From Candidatus Caldarchaeum sp. (GTDB taxonomy: Archaea > Thermoproteota > Nitrososphaeria_A > Caldarchaeales > Caldarchaeaceae): DNA of 48,464 nucleotides. The stretch is taken from assembly GCA_038831915.1 (NCBI GenBank), contig JAWBKB010000013.1, forward strand, positions 1 through 48,464. Reading direction: 5' to 3'. Below the pieces are notes generated by a model. It was not told the DNA's origin and did not search any database. It worked only from the letters and a program-made list of their open reading frames with translations. This document shows, piece after piece, positions 10,211 to 20,437 of this stretch (position 1 is the stretch's first letter; each line of letters starts with the position of its first letter). The position numbers and the translations under genes were made by a program.

Positions 10211-10759
10211 CTACGATTTGTCAATTGATTTGATGTTTTTTAGTTTTTCGAATGCGCGGAACCTCTTCGTCAAAATGTATGCGTTTATGGCAAGAAGCAG
10301 GAAGGCGACGGCAGTTAGGTATGGGCTTAACGACGTGATAAGCCCGATGCCGAAGAAGGCGAGTGAAAGCGGCCATCCGCAGCAGAGATATCCGAAGCTT
10401 ATGATGCTGGCGAGTAGTCCACCGACACCGCTCCAAGCCGTTCCGATTAAACAAGCGCGTAGCAAGCCTTTCCTGTACAGGAGTAATAGCAGGCCCGCGT
10501 TATAGCCCACTAGCGTGGAAATCACCAAGCCAATCAAAGCTGGAAAAATTCTGAGGTTGACCACGAAGCCGTCTCCGATGATTTGTAGCATCGGCCCAGT
10601 GTAGAACTGGCTTTCAACGTGGGTTAGAACGAAAACTGTCTGTTGAATCCCGATTCGCGGCGCCGTGATGAACTGCGCCGCACCTGTAAACATTAGGTAG
10701 AATACATAGTATGGGATGAGCACCGCGACAGCAAAACCGAGCAATTGTTTATTCATCAT
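10211..10759 (-). CDS. Hypothetical multi-pass membrane protein with Cys-Cys motif
   Basis: Four to five hydrophobic segments and GYLCCGWP. ATG 10759 overlaps the SCO stop (ATGA). Confidence 0.7.
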   Translation of the reverse strand: MMNKQLLGFAVAVLIPYYVFYLMFTGAAQFITAPRIGIQQTVFVLTHVESQFYTGPMLQIIGDGFVVNLRIFPALIGLVISTLVGYNAGLLLLLYRKGLLRACLIGTAWSGVGGLLASIISFGYLCCGWPLSLAFFGIGLITSLSPYLTAVAFLLLAINAYILTKRFRAFEKLKNIKSIDKS

Positions 10760-11373
10760 CTGCTCAGAAGCCATTCAACAGTTTTCCTGTACTCGTCATA
10801 TTCCATGTCAGGGGTTAGAGCGGTCCTTAGAATGTGATTCTTGTCCGCGCCCAAAACCATCGCATAGTGGTCGACTAAGTAATTGCCCTTTTCATCAGGC
10901 GGAAGCTTTTTCGCAAAAATGTTGTACTGGACCATTACTTGACCGACTTCTTCAGGAGTGCCAGTCAAGGCGATTATACGAGGTGAATAGTATGAGACGT
11001 ATCTTTTCATCATATCAGATGTATCTCTTTCAGGGTCGACAGTGATGAAAATGAAAGCAACTTTGTCAGCGTTCGGGCCGAGGTCTTTAATCAGCTTACC
11101 GAACTTACTTAACACAAGTGGACAGACATCCGGACAGTTTGTATACCCGAAATACATCAGGACAACTTTCCCTTTCACGCTGGATAACTTGAACGGTTTT
11201 CCATTTTGGTCGGTCAAGGTAAAATCAGGCAAAACACGTTCACCGGGGATTTCGATGGCCGGCCTGTAGCCGAAAAAATCTCCTCGCATCAACAACGCCG
11301 CTAACGCACCCAAGGCCGCGGCGAGAACCGCCACCCCGACAAACAACAATATTTTAGCTCGCATCAACTGCAT
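10756..11373 (-). CDS. SCO1/SenC copper chaperone
   Basis: N-terminal TM anchor, FGYTNCPDVCP (CxxxC), TVDPERDT and VDH copper-ligand His. Confidence 0.93.
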   Translation of the reverse strand: MQLMRAKILLFVGVAVLAAALGALAALLMRGDFFGYRPAIEIPGERVLPDFTLTDQNGKPFKLSSVKGKVVLMYFGYTNCPDVCPLVLSKFGKLIKDLGPNADKVAFIFITVDPERDTSDMMKRYVSYYSPRIIALTGTPEEVGQVMVQYNIFAKKLPPDEKGNYLVDHYAMVLGADKNHILRTALTPDMEYDEYRKTVEWLLSR

Positions 11374-11447
11374 CTGTTCTTCAGCACAACTTTAAGCTAT
11401 TTAGCCTACTTAAGATTTAAACACGAGAGACGCTGTCTTACCGTGGG

Positions 11448-14000
11448 TTGGCAGGTCTTCCCCACAAAGTTGTGAAAAGAGATGGAAGGGTTGTTGACTT
11501 TGACTCAGCGAGGATTAGGGAAGCCATTCGAAAGGCCATGGCTTCACAAAAGATTTTAGACGAGGAACTCTTAGAATCTGTGACTGCTTCAGTTCTTGAC
11601 CAGCTATCGAAAAAATTCGGCTCCGAAAAGATTCCCCACTTGGAGGAGATTCAGGACATCGTTGAATCCACCTTGATGGATAAAGGGTTGAAGGATGTGG
11701 CTAAGGCTTACATCCTCTACCGCCGTGAAAGAACGCGAATACGCGAAGAAAAAATGAGAATACTGGGAACGAGCTTCATCGATGAAGTCGACAAAAAGTT
11801 TTCGCTAAACGCTTTGAGGCTGATGGTTTCAAGATATCTCCTAAAGGACAAGGACGGTAAAGTGGTTGAGAAGCCAAAGCAAATGTTTCAGAGAGTCGCG
11901 GCTTTGATTGTTTTGGCTGACGTTGTTTACGACCCGATATTCTTCGACCGCGATGGGAGAAACAAGCCCCATCCATTTGACCACAGCGTTATACATCGAT
12001 ATGCTGACAAAATCGGCATCGGTCCCGCGGAAAACCCGTTAGAAACGAAGTGGAACATGTATCATCTCGACCGGCTGGCAGCGCTTTACAAACGCTTAAA
12101 CGAAGCCGGCCAAATGATGAAGCCACTCGAAGAAATATTGGAATTACTCCGAACCAACTCTCATCGCTTCTACGAAAGATACAAGCGATATTATGATTTG
12201 ATGGTTGAGAAAAAGTTTCTACCCAACAGCCCAACCCTTTTCAACGCTGGCACCGTTTTGAACCAGCTTAGTGCGTGTTTCGTTCTGGACGTAGAGGATG
12301 ACATTGGCTCGATCATGAAAACCGCTGAGGAGGCGGCGATCATTTTCAAGACCGGCGGCGGCGTGGGTGTCAATTATTCGAAGCTCCGTCCTGAAGGAGA
12401 CGTGGTCGCATCCACTGGAGGTGTTGCGTCCGGTCCAGTTTCGTTCATGAGGATAATCGATACAGTGACAGATGTTGTCAAGCAGGGAGGTCGCCGTCGT
12501 GGGGCAAACATCGGCGTGCTAAACATCAATCATCCAGACATCGAAAAATTTATCACCGCTAAGCTGACGCCTGGCTTCCTCGAAAACTTCAACATATCGG
12601 TAATGGTTTTACCCGATTTTTGGTTGCACTATGAGCAGAGGAAGCCGTATCCCTTAGTCAACCCGAGAGACGGCTCTTTGTGGAAAACAGTCGACCCGCA
12701 CGGGCTGTTGCGTTTAATCGCGGAAACCGCGTGGAAAACAGCCGATCCTGGCTTGCTGTACCACGACAACATTAACGAGTTGAATCCTCTCGAAGAAATC
12801 TATGGCAAGATCAACTGTGTCAACCCATGCGGCGAACAACCTCTCTATCCACACGAATCATGTAATCTCGGCTCCATCAACCTTCACGCATTCGTCAAAA
12901 ACGGCCAGATAGACTGGAAAGAACTGGAAGAAACTGTGAAAACTGCTGTAAAATTTTTGGACAACGTGGTCGACCTGACTAACCATCCGACAGAAGCCAT
13001 CGAAAAAATGACGCTTCGAACACGGCGAATTGGACTTGGCGTCATGGGGCTCGCCGACATGCTGTATGAACTCAAAATACCGTATAACAGCGAAGAAGGG
13101 TTCGAAACCATGTCGAAAGTCATGGAATTCATCGCGTACAAGGCCGTTGAAACATCTGCCGAAATCGCCCAGCAGCGAGGACCATTTCCAGATTTTGAAA
13201 AGAGTGCATGGGCGCGACGCCGTCTTCCCTTCAAAGGCGTCTACTTATACACCAAGAAATGGATGGACTGGGATGGTTTGGCCGAGAAGGCGGCAAACGG
13301 CATGCGTAACAGCTACCTCTTGACCGTTGCGCCGACGGGAAGCATATCAATGCTCGCCGAAGTTTCTTCGGGGCTTGAGCCGCAGTTCGCACTCGTCTAC
13401 CGCAAACAGGTAACCGCTGGCATCTTCTACTACGTCGACCGGGTCTTCGAAAAATATCTAGAAGATAATCTTCTCCCGAAGGAGACGGTTTTGAGAATGG
13501 TGGCTGATAACGGCGGCTCGGTGCAGGGATTGGACATGATCCCGGCCCAAGCTCGCCAAATCTTCGTGACAGCGTTGGATATTCCGTGGTGGGATCATCT
13601 TCGTGCGCAGGCGGAGATACAGAAATGGGTCGATGCATCGGTCAGCAAAACCATCAACATGCCGTCTTGGGTGACGGTCGATGACGTTTTGAAGGCTTTT
13701 GTGGCTGCTCACAGGCTTGGCTTGAAAGGTGTCACGGTTTATAGGGACGGCTCAAAAACTGCTCAGGTTTTGCAGACCCCAACACAGACACGTGGAAGAT
13801 ACAGCATCGAAGTGAAGAACAACACGGCCGAAATCTTTAGAAAAATCGGAATAGAGGTCGGTGAAATTCCGTCACGGTCCTTCGCCGTTCCGCCATCGGC
13901 TACCGTGGTTTGTCCTGTCTGCGGAGGCAAGGAATTAGTCTTTCAAGAGGGCTGTCAAAAATGTGTTGACTGCGGATGGTCCAGCTGCGTTATTGCGTAA
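11448..14000 (+). CDS. nrdJ: Class II (AdoCbl-dependent) ribonucleotide reductase with ATP cone and C-terminal zinc ribbon
   Basis: VVKRDGR ATP cone, PNSPTLFNAG, LSACFV, NPCGEQ, APTGSIS and CPVC...EGCQKCVDCGWSSC. Confidence 0.95.
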   Translation: MAGLPHKVVKRDGRVVDFDSARIREAIRKAMASQKILDEELLESVTASVLDQLSKKFGSEKIPHLEEIQDIVESTLMDKGLKDVAKAYILYRRERTRIREEKMRILGTSFIDEVDKKFSLNALRLMVSRYLLKDKDGKVVEKPKQMFQRVAALIVLADVVYDPIFFDRDGRNKPHPFDHSVIHRYADKIGIGPAENPLETKWNMYHLDRLAALYKRLNEAGQMMKPLEEILELLRTNSHRFYERYKRYYDLMVEKKFLPNSPTLFNAGTVLNQLSACFVLDVEDDIGSIMKTAEEAAIIFKTGGGVGVNYSKLRPEGDVVASTGGVASGPVSFMRIIDTVTDVVKQGGRRRGANIGVLNINHPDIEKFITAKLTPGFLENFNISVMVLPDFWLHYEQRKPYPLVNPRDGSLWKTVDPHGLLRLIAETAWKTADPGLLYHDNINELNPLEEIYGKINCVNPCGEQPLYPHESCNLGSINLHAFVKNGQIDWKELEETVKTAVKFLDNVVDLTNHPTEAIEKMTLRTRRIGLGVMGLADMLYELKIPYNSEEGFETMSKVMEFIAYKAVETSAEIAQQRGPFPDFEKSAWARRRLPFKGVYLYTKKWMDWDGLAEKAANGMRNSYLLTVAPTGSISMLAEVSSGLEPQFALVYRKQVTAGIFYYVDRVFEKYLEDNLLPKETVLRMVADNGGSVQGLDMIPAQARQIFVTALDIPWWDHLRAQAEIQKWVDASVSKTINMPSWVTVDDVLKAFVAAHRLGLKGVTVYRDGSKTAQVLQTPTQTRGRYSIEVKNNTAEIFRKIGIEVGEIPSRSFAVPPSATVVCPVCGGKELVFQEGCQKCVDCGWSSCVIA

Positions 14001-14025
14001 AGCCTAAAAACCACAAGTCAAAACA

Positions 14026-14472
14026 ATGAACATGTCCGCGGTAATTAGTAGAGCGAAAGCCGTTTGGGAGGGTGACCTATTCCACGGCAAAGGCGTGGTT
14101 AGCTTCGACAGCGGAGCTTTGCCTCAGAAAGAAATAACATGGGCTGCACGTTCGTCGAAGATACCGGGTATGACTAGTCCGGAAGAGCTGCTCGCAGCCG
14201 CTCACGCGGGTTGTTTCGCCATGGCTCTTTCGAACATTTTGGCAAAGGAAGGCAAGCCGGCGACGCGGCTCGAAGTCACAGCCGACGCTGTTTTCACGAA
14301 AACCGACGAAGGATTTAAAATCACAGAGATAACTCTGACCGTGGTTGGAGTTGTTCCCGGAATGGACCAGACTGGTTTCGCGAAGGCGGCGTCAGCTGCG
14401 GGAGAGGGATGCCCAGTCTCGAAAGCTTTGAAAGGAAACGTCAAAATCAACTTAAACGCCCGGCTTGCGTAA
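14026..14472 (+). CDS. osmC: OsmC-family peroxiredoxin
   Basis: SPEELLAAAHAGCFAMALS and GCPVSKAL. Confidence 0.92.
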   Translation: MNMSAVISRAKAVWEGDLFHGKGVVSFDSGALPQKEITWAARSSKIPGMTSPEELLAAAHAGCFAMALSNILAKEGKPATRLEVTADAVFTKTDEGFKITEITLTVVGVVPGMDQTGFAKAASAAGEGCPVSKALKGNVKINLNARLA

Positions 14473-14986
14473 ATCGACTCTAACGTTTCTCGTTCTTTTT
14501 TCACTTCTTCTCGGAGCAGTTTTATTTCAAGCTAGCCTGAAAGCTGGCAACGATAGCGCGGCATCTCAGTCAGCCACCTTGACCAGCTATGAAAATACCC
14601 AGACAAGCATTTCCTATGTCGAAGTGGGAAGGTTCAGGGTTTATGTCGAAGTGGCGGATGACGATGTTGAAAAGGCGCGCGGGCTTTCAGGTCGCGAAAG
14701 TCTTCCACCCGACTGGGGGATGTTGTTTATTTTCGACAGACCAGGCATGTATAGCTTCTGGATGTATGAAATGCGTTTTCCCATTGACATCATCTGGATA
14801 AACGAAACTTTTCACATAGTTTTCATAGTGGAAAATGCTCCTCCATGCCTTCCATCAGATGTTTGCGTCCCTTACGCTCCTAACGCACAGGCAAAATATG
14901 TGTTGGAAATTAATGCCGGTCTTGTTGAACGATATGGGATAAAGGTGGGGGATAGAGTGGTTTTTTCGTCTGGTTTAGCCGACTGA
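14465..14986 (+). CDS. DUF192-family exported protein
   Basis: N-terminal signal/[32 protein letters not shown] and YVLEINAG. Confidence 0.88.
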   Translation: MRKSTLTFLVLFSLLLGAVLFQASLKAGNDSAASQSATLTSYENTQTSISYVEVGRFRVYVEVADDDVEKARGLSGRESLPPDWGMLFIFDRPGMYSFWMYEMRFPIDIIWINETFHIVFIVENAPPCLPSDVCVPYAPNAQAKYVLEINAGLVERYGIKVGDRVVFSSGLAD

Positions 14987-16375
14987 TCCTGACATTTCCA
15001 ACTCGATGAGCCTGTTGAATTCGACGGCGTACTCCATCGGCAGTGTCTTCGTGAAGGGCTCAAGGAAGCCGAGCACTATCATGTTTAATGCTTCTTGTTC
15101 TGATAGTCCGCGGGTCATCAGGTAGAAGAGCTGTTCTTCGCCGATTTTGCCGACAGTTGCTTCATGTGTTGCGGTTGTGTCTTCTTCGTTTATCTCGTTG
15201 TATGGATAAGTGTCTGTTCGCGAAATGTCGTCTAGGATGAGGGCGTCGCATCTCACGCTTGATTTTACTCTTTTCGCACCTTTTGCCACATGCAATAATC
15301 CTCTGTAGGATGTTCGGCCACCGCTTTTGCAGACTGATTTTGAGGTGATGCGCGAAGTAGTCTCAGGCGCAAGATGAACCGCTTTAGCTCCGGTGTCCTG
15401 ATGCTGTCCTCTTCCAGCGAAAGCAACAGAGAGAATGTCGGCTTTCGCACCGCGGCCCAATAGATAAACGCTGGGATATTTCATGGTGACTTTGCTCCCG
15501 ATGTTTGCGTCTACCCATTCGACTGTCGCTTCTTCATAGGCATGGGCGCGTTTAGTGACGAGGTTGTATACATCGCTGCTCCAGTTCTGAAGGGTGGTAT
15601 AGCGGACGTAAGCGCCTTTCTTGGCGATAATTTCGACGACCGCGGTGTGAAGCGAGGAAGTTGAGTAAATCGGCGCCGTGCAACCCTCGATGTAGTGTAC
15701 CCGACTGTACGGCTCTGCTATGATAAGAGTCCTTTCGAACTGGCCGACGTTTGCAGCGTTGATTCTGAAGTAAGCCTGCAATGGATACTGGATTTCAACT
15801 CCTTCAGGGACGTAGATGAAGCTTCCTCCGCTGAAGACGGCGCTGTTGAGTGCTGCGAATTTGTTGTCCTCTGGTGGAACAACTTTGCCGAAGTATGGTT
15901 TGAAGATGTCCGAATATTCGCGGAAAGCCGTGTCAGGGTCGACGAAAATTACGCCTTTCTTTTCCAGCTCTTTCTGCAAATTGTGGTAGACGACTTCGCT
16001 TTCGTACTGAGCGCCAACGCCGGCAAGGAACTTACGCTCCGCCTCCGGAATTCCCAGCTTTTCAAATGTGTTTTTAATGTATTCGGGGACTTCGTCCCAG
16101 CTCCTGGCTTTTCGGTCGCTCGGCTTGATGTAGTAGTGTATGCGGTCGAAATCAACTCCTGAAAGGTCAGCCCCCCAGATTGGCATGGGTTTTTTGTAAA
16201 AGATTTCGAGGCTTTTCATTCTGAATTTCCTCAGCCATTCGGGTTCGTCTTTGTGTCGTGAAATTTCTTCGACTACTTCTCCGGATAGGCCGGGTTTTGA
16301 TTTGTAGACATAGAGCTCAGGGTCTTTAAAGTCGTATTTCGTGTAGTCGATTTCGAGTGTGGTTTTTTCACCCAT
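14975..16375 (-). CDS. sufB: Fe-S cluster assembly protein SufB
   Basis: [33 protein letters not shown] and HEATVG. Confidence 0.95.
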   Translation of the reverse strand: MGEKTTLEIDYTKYDFKDPELYVYKSKPGLSGEVVEEISRHKDEPEWLRKFRMKSLEIFYKKPMPIWGADLSGVDFDRIHYYIKPSDRKARSWDEVPEYIKNTFEKLGIPEAERKFLAGVGAQYESEVVYHNLQKELEKKGVIFVDPDTAFREYSDIFKPYFGKVVPPEDNKFAALNSAVFSGGSFIYVPEGVEIQYPLQAYFRINAANVGQFERTLIIAEPYSRVHYIEGCTAPIYSTSSLHTAVVEIIAKKGAYVRYTTLQNWSSDVYNLVTKRAHAYEEATVEWVDANIGSKVTMKYPSVYLLGRGAKADILSVAFAGRGQHQDTGAKAVHLAPETTSRITSKSVCKSGGRTSYRGLLHVAKGAKRVKSSVRCDALILDDISRTDTYPYNEINEEDTTATHEATVGKIGEEQLFYLMTRGLSEQEALNMIVLGFLEPFTKTLPMEYAVEFNRLIELEMSGSVG

Positions 16376-16409
16376 TCGGATATAACGGCGTTATAGTGCG
16401 ATTTATACG

Positions 16410-18689
16410 TTACCCGATAACACCATTGTCATCGAAGCTGAAAGGCCTGATTGGGAGTTTTTTGACGCGTTTACCCGTAGCGTCGTAAATCGCGTTGGCT
16501 ATCGCCGCAGCGGTAGGTATGCAGCCTGTTTCGCCTATTCCTTTCGCTCCGAAGGGTCCGGCTGGGTCTGGTGTTTCGATGAAAACTGCCTTGATTTCCG
16601 GTGTTTCAACCGCTGTTGGCAATAGGTAATCCATGAAAGATGCATTCACCACACGTCCTTGTTCAAGGACGAGCTCTTCATACAAGCTGTATCCTATACC
16701 CATCAAGACGCCGCCGTGAACCTGTCCTTCTGCGGCAGCAGGATTGAGGATGCGGCCTGAGTCATGCACGGAGATAACCTTCAAAACCTTCACCCACTTG
16801 GTTTCAGGATCGACCTCGACTAAAACAGCCTGCGCGCCGAAGACGTATGCAGCTGACAGGTTGCCCATCCATCTTTCATCCTGCATTTCTGTCGGCGGGT
16901 CGTAATAGGCGGACACAACGATGTTACTTCCGCCCTGGCGGAAATGAATTCTACGCACCAGTTTGTCGAATTCAATTTTCATCGACGGGTTTTGCCGGTC
17001 GTATACGATACCCTTTTCAAACACGATATTGTCTTCGGTTGTTCGGAGCTCCTCTGAGGCAGCTTTGGCTAGAATCGCTTTGACTCGTCGCGCGGCTAAA
17101 AAGGCGGAGTTGCCCGCGACGAAGGTTGCTCTGCTTGCGTGTGTTCCGACGTCCCATGGCCTTATTGATGCGTCGTCGTTCACGACTCGGACGTTTTGAA
17201 CATCAATTCCGAGTTCTTCTGCGACTATTTGTGCGATGGCCGTGTCGGAGCCTGTTCCGAGGTCAGTCGAACCCGTGATAACCGTGACCAAGCCAAAGTC
17301 ATCAATCGTCAAAATTGTGCCACATCCATCAGAACGGTACACACGGGCTCCGCCGCCGACGTGGAAGAAAGCCGCCAACCCGATTCCCCGGTTGTAGCCA
17401 GCCATCCCCCGCCCTTTCCAACCGATTAATTCAGCGGCCTTTCTCAAACAAGCTTTCATCTCACACGTGGTGATTTTCATCCCCTGGGGAGTAACGCTGT
17501 ATGGTTCGTTTGCGTTGATGAGGCGGAATTCGACCGGGTCCATGCCGAGTTCCTCGGCGAGTGCGTCCATCTGCTGTTCGATGGCGAAAGTGATTTGCGG
17601 ATTGCCTGCACCTCTTTGGGTTCCGGTATACGGGTTGTTGGTATACACTATTTTTGCTTCGAACCATACATGTGGAAGGTCGTAGAGACCGGTTGTTGTG
17701 GCCATCATGACGCGTGCGTCGAAGGGCCCCCATGAAACATAGGCTCCGGCATCGAGGATTACACTGGCTTCACGGGCCAAAAGCTTACCACTCCGGTCTG
17801 CAGCGGAACGCATGTAAATTATCGCGGGCTGCCGTGGCGGTGCGTATTGGAGTTCTTCTTCGCGGCTAAACACTAGCTTCACAGGTCTTCGAGTCGAAAT
17901 CGACAAAGCCGCAGCTATGGGGTCGAGCGGATAAAGATCCATACCACGGCCAAAAGCTCCTCCTATTTCGGGCTGTATCACTCGAATCTTTGCAGGGTTG
18001 AAACCGAGAGTTTTCGCGAGTTCATGACGGTAGAGAAACGGAGCTTGAGTGTTTGTATAGACAATCAGCTCACCTAGGTCCGTGTAATGAGCCACCACAC
18101 CCATCGTGCCGAGAGGCGAGGCATTCATATATTGGACCTGATAACGGTCTGAGATAACCGCCGCGGCTTTCTCAAAAATCTGGTCGAAGGATTCTTTGTC
18201 TAATGTGGTGAAATTCATTTTGAGGTCGACGACGTTGCTTCGGTTTTCCTCGTGGACGAGTGGAGCATCAGGTTCCATGGCTTTTTCCGGGTCGAAAACT
18301 CCCTCAAGCGGCTCATATTCGACTTCGATTGCTTCAACCGCTTCTTCTGCTTGCTCAGGAGTTTCCGCTGCAACAGCGGCGATTTCATCCCTGACCGACC
18401 TGACTTTGCCCGTTTTAAGCGGCGGATGGTCCTGTAGAATTCCCATGTTCCTAAATCGTGTGTCGTATCCAGTTATTACAGCCCTGACGCCCGGCATGCG
18501 ACGAGCTTTTTCGGTGTTGATGCGGATGATCTTTGCATGCGGATACCTGCTTCGCAAAATCTTCCCATAAAGCATGTTGGGAAGCTCAACATCATCAACG
18601 TATCGGGCCAACCCACGAACCTTAGATAGTCCATCAATCTTTGGAATCGACTTGCCAATTACTCGATACCTCTCAGCATAAGTAAGCAT
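16410..18689 (-). CDS. Xanthine dehydrogenase-family molybdopterin-binding large subunit
   Basis: IGGAFG, GTHASR, EGQVHGG and GPFGAKGIGE; active-site loop TQRGAGNPQ. ATG 18689 preferred. Confidence 0.9.
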   Translation of the reverse strand: MLTYAERYRVIGKSIPKIDGLSKVRGLARYVDDVELPNMLYGKILRSRYPHAKIIRINTEKARRMPGVRAVITGYDTRFRNMGILQDHPPLKTGKVRSVRDEIAAVAAETPEQAEEAVEAIEVEYEPLEGVFDPEKAMEPDAPLVHEENRSNVVDLKMNFTTLDKESFDQIFEKAAAVISDRYQVQYMNASPLGTMGVVAHYTDLGELIVYTNTQAPFLYRHELAKTLGFNPAKIRVIQPEIGGAFGRGMDLYPLDPIAAALSISTRRPVKLVFSREEELQYAPPRQPAIIYMRSAADRSGKLLAREASVILDAGAYVSWGPFDARVMMATTTGLYDLPHVWFEAKIVYTNNPYTGTQRGAGNPQITFAIEQQMDALAEELGMDPVEFRLINANEPYSVTPQGMKITTCEMKACLRKAAELIGWKGRGMAGYNRGIGLAAFFHVGGGARVYRSDGCGTILTIDDFGLVTVITGSTDLGTGSDTAIAQIVAEELGIDVQNVRVVNDDASIRPWDVGTHASRATFVAGNSAFLAARRVKAILAKAASEELRTTEDNIVFEKGIVYDRQNPSMKIEFDKLVRRIHFRQGGSNIVVSAYYDPPTEMQDERWMGNLSAAYVFGAQAVLVEVDPETKWVKVLKVISVHDSGRILNPAAAEGQVHGGVLMGIGYSLYEELVLEQGRVVNASFMDYLLPTAVETPEIKAVFIETPDPAGPFGAKGIGETGCIPTAAAIANAIYDATGKRVKKLPIRPFSFDDNGVIG

Positions 18690-18828
18690 GGGCAATCAAC
18701 ATCGATTGTATGGTTTAAACCTGTCGGATGCGTCAGAGAATGTGGAATCGCAAGAGCTTCTGCAAACTGAGCAACCGGAATAAATATAAAATCGAGATTA
18801 GACCATTAAGGGCTGAGGTTGTGTCGAT

Positions 18829-19974
18829 TTGTTATTGATGATTCCCGGTCCGACTGAAATTGATGAACGTGTTATCCGTGCTATGGCTCGTCAAATGATT
18901 GACCACCGTTCAGAAGAATTTCGCTACCTTATGAAAAGCGTTGTTGAGAAGCTGAAAAAAATCTTAGAAACAAACAACGACGTTTTTGTCTTGACTTCGT
19001 CGGGGACCGGTGGGGTTGAAGCTGCCGCGGCCAATCTAACGATGCCCGGAGATCAAGTCTTGATTTTGTCCGCCGGGCTTTTCGCGGAAAGGATGGCGGA
19101 AGCTTTCGCGGCGTATGGAGCAAACGTGATAAAATACACGCTGGACAACGGACGCGGCCCAAACCCCGAAGACGTGAAAAAAGCTCTCGAACACCATCCC
19201 GACGCCGCAATAGTCGGTTTTCCGTACAACGAAACTTCCACGGGAATTGTATCAAAGGACGTTAAGGAAATCGGGAAAATTTGCCGTGAACACGGTGCTT
19301 TGTTGGTGACGGACGCAGTGACGGCAGTCGGAGGAGTGAGAGTGGCCGTCGACGAATATAACATAGACTTCTGCATCACCGGTACTCAAAAATGTCTGGC
19401 TACACCGCCGGGCCTCGCGGTCGTGTCGGTTTCCAAACGAGCTTGGGAAAAGATTGAAAAGAAGAAGTTGAGGCCGCCGTATTTCGACCTCGTCAAATAC
19501 CGCCACTTCATGGAAAGGTGGGAAACACCGTTCACGCCTGCCATTACTCTGTTCTGGGCTTTCGACGAAGCGACGAACATAATCTTTGAATATGGTTATG
19601 ACCGGTGGCTTGCAAGACACACTGCTGGAGCCGCGGGTCTTTACGCAGGACTTCGCACCTATGGGCTTGAGTTTTACGCGGGCCGAGGTTACGAATCACC
19701 CATCGTGGCTGCGATGCATATACCACCAGGTTTAACTGACTCAGCCATCCGAGAAACCATGAAGAAAAAATTCGGCATACTGATAGCTGGTGGTCTCGCG
19801 CATTACAAGGGAAAAATGTTCAGAATCGCCAACATCGGATTGATAAGCCGCGACAAAATCGCATCAACCATTTTCGCTTTAGGCAAAACTCTGAAATCCC
19901 TTGGACTCGAGGTCAACCCCATGGAAGCCGTGGAAAACGCAGAACGCGAAATGGACAGACTATGGCCGAGCTAG
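18829..19974 (+). CDS. Class V PLP aminotransferase (serine-pyruvate/alanine-glyoxylate type)
   Basis: LMIPGPT, SGTGG, NETSTG, DAVT and GTQKCLATPPG (PLP lysine). Confidence 0.92.
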   Translation: MLLMIPGPTEIDERVIRAMARQMIDHRSEEFRYLMKSVVEKLKKILETNNDVFVLTSSGTGGVEAAAANLTMPGDQVLILSAGLFAERMAEAFAAYGANVIKYTLDNGRGPNPEDVKKALEHHPDAAIVGFPYNETSTGIVSKDVKEIGKICREHGALLVTDAVTAVGGVRVAVDEYNIDFCITGTQKCLATPPGLAVVSVSKRAWEKIEKKKLRPPYFDLVKYRHFMERWETPFTPAITLFWAFDEATNIIFEYGYDRWLARHTAGAAGLYAGLRTYGLEFYAGRGYESPIVAAMHIPPGLTDSAIRETMKKKFGILIAGGLAHYKGKMFRIANIGLISRDKIASTIFALGKTLKSLGLEVNPMEAVENAEREMDRLWPS

Positions 19975-19975
19975 A

Positions 19976-20413
19976 ATGTATTTCGAAGAATTAACCGTCG
20001 GCCAGGAATTCGAAACTCGTTCGAGACTGGTAACGAGCTCGGACATCGATTTATTCTCGGCCCTCACATGGGCTGCTAACCCGCTTTTTCTAAGCGACAC
20101 AGCGGCTAAAACAAAAGGGTTTCAGACAAGGATTGCACCTGGAGCTCTTGTTCTTTCGTACACCATCGGCCTTCTCTATCAAACCGGTTTATTCGACCAT
20201 ATCACGGCGCTCGCGGCGATAGACAAGCTGAACTTTAGGTCTTCAACCAGTCCCGGTGACGTCATAAAGGCAAAAGCCAGAGTGATCGAAAAGAAGGAAA
20301 CCTCAAGTAATGACAGAGGTCTCGTCAAGCTGGCTGTGGAATGTTTTAACGAAACACGGCAGACAACTGCTTTCACCGCGGAAATGCTTTTCGTAATGCA
20401 GCTTAAAATTTAA
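19976..20413 (+). CDS. MaoC-family (hot-dog fold) dehydratase
   Basis: MYFEELTVGQ start and DIDLFSALT...NPL...RIAPG. ATG lies 1 nt after the upstream stop. The usual catalytic D-x4-H is not evident (WAANPLFL). Confidence 0.8.
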   Translation: MYFEELTVGQEFETRSRLVTSSDIDLFSALTWAANPLFLSDTAAKTKGFQTRIAPGALVLSYTIGLLYQTGLFDHITALAAIDKLNFRSSTSPGDVIKAKARVIEKKETSSNDRGLVKLAVECFNETRQTTAFTAEMLFVMQLKI

Positions 20414-20437
20414 ACAAATTCGCTTCTTTTTGACACC

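Noticed and set aside
11900-12200. Insertion in NrdJ as a possible intein
   Set aside because: No C/S start with HN-C/S/T end and no LAGLIDADG blocks; it looks like an ordinary lineage-specific insert.
16410-18689. Aerobic CO dehydrogenase CoxL
   Set aside because: Lacks the AYxCSFR motif and neighbouring coxMS genes.
18720-18775. Possible second C/D sRNA (caga...tgtgga...ctga)
   Set aside because: No convincing box C and the guide spacing is wrong; more likely part of the divergent promoter region.
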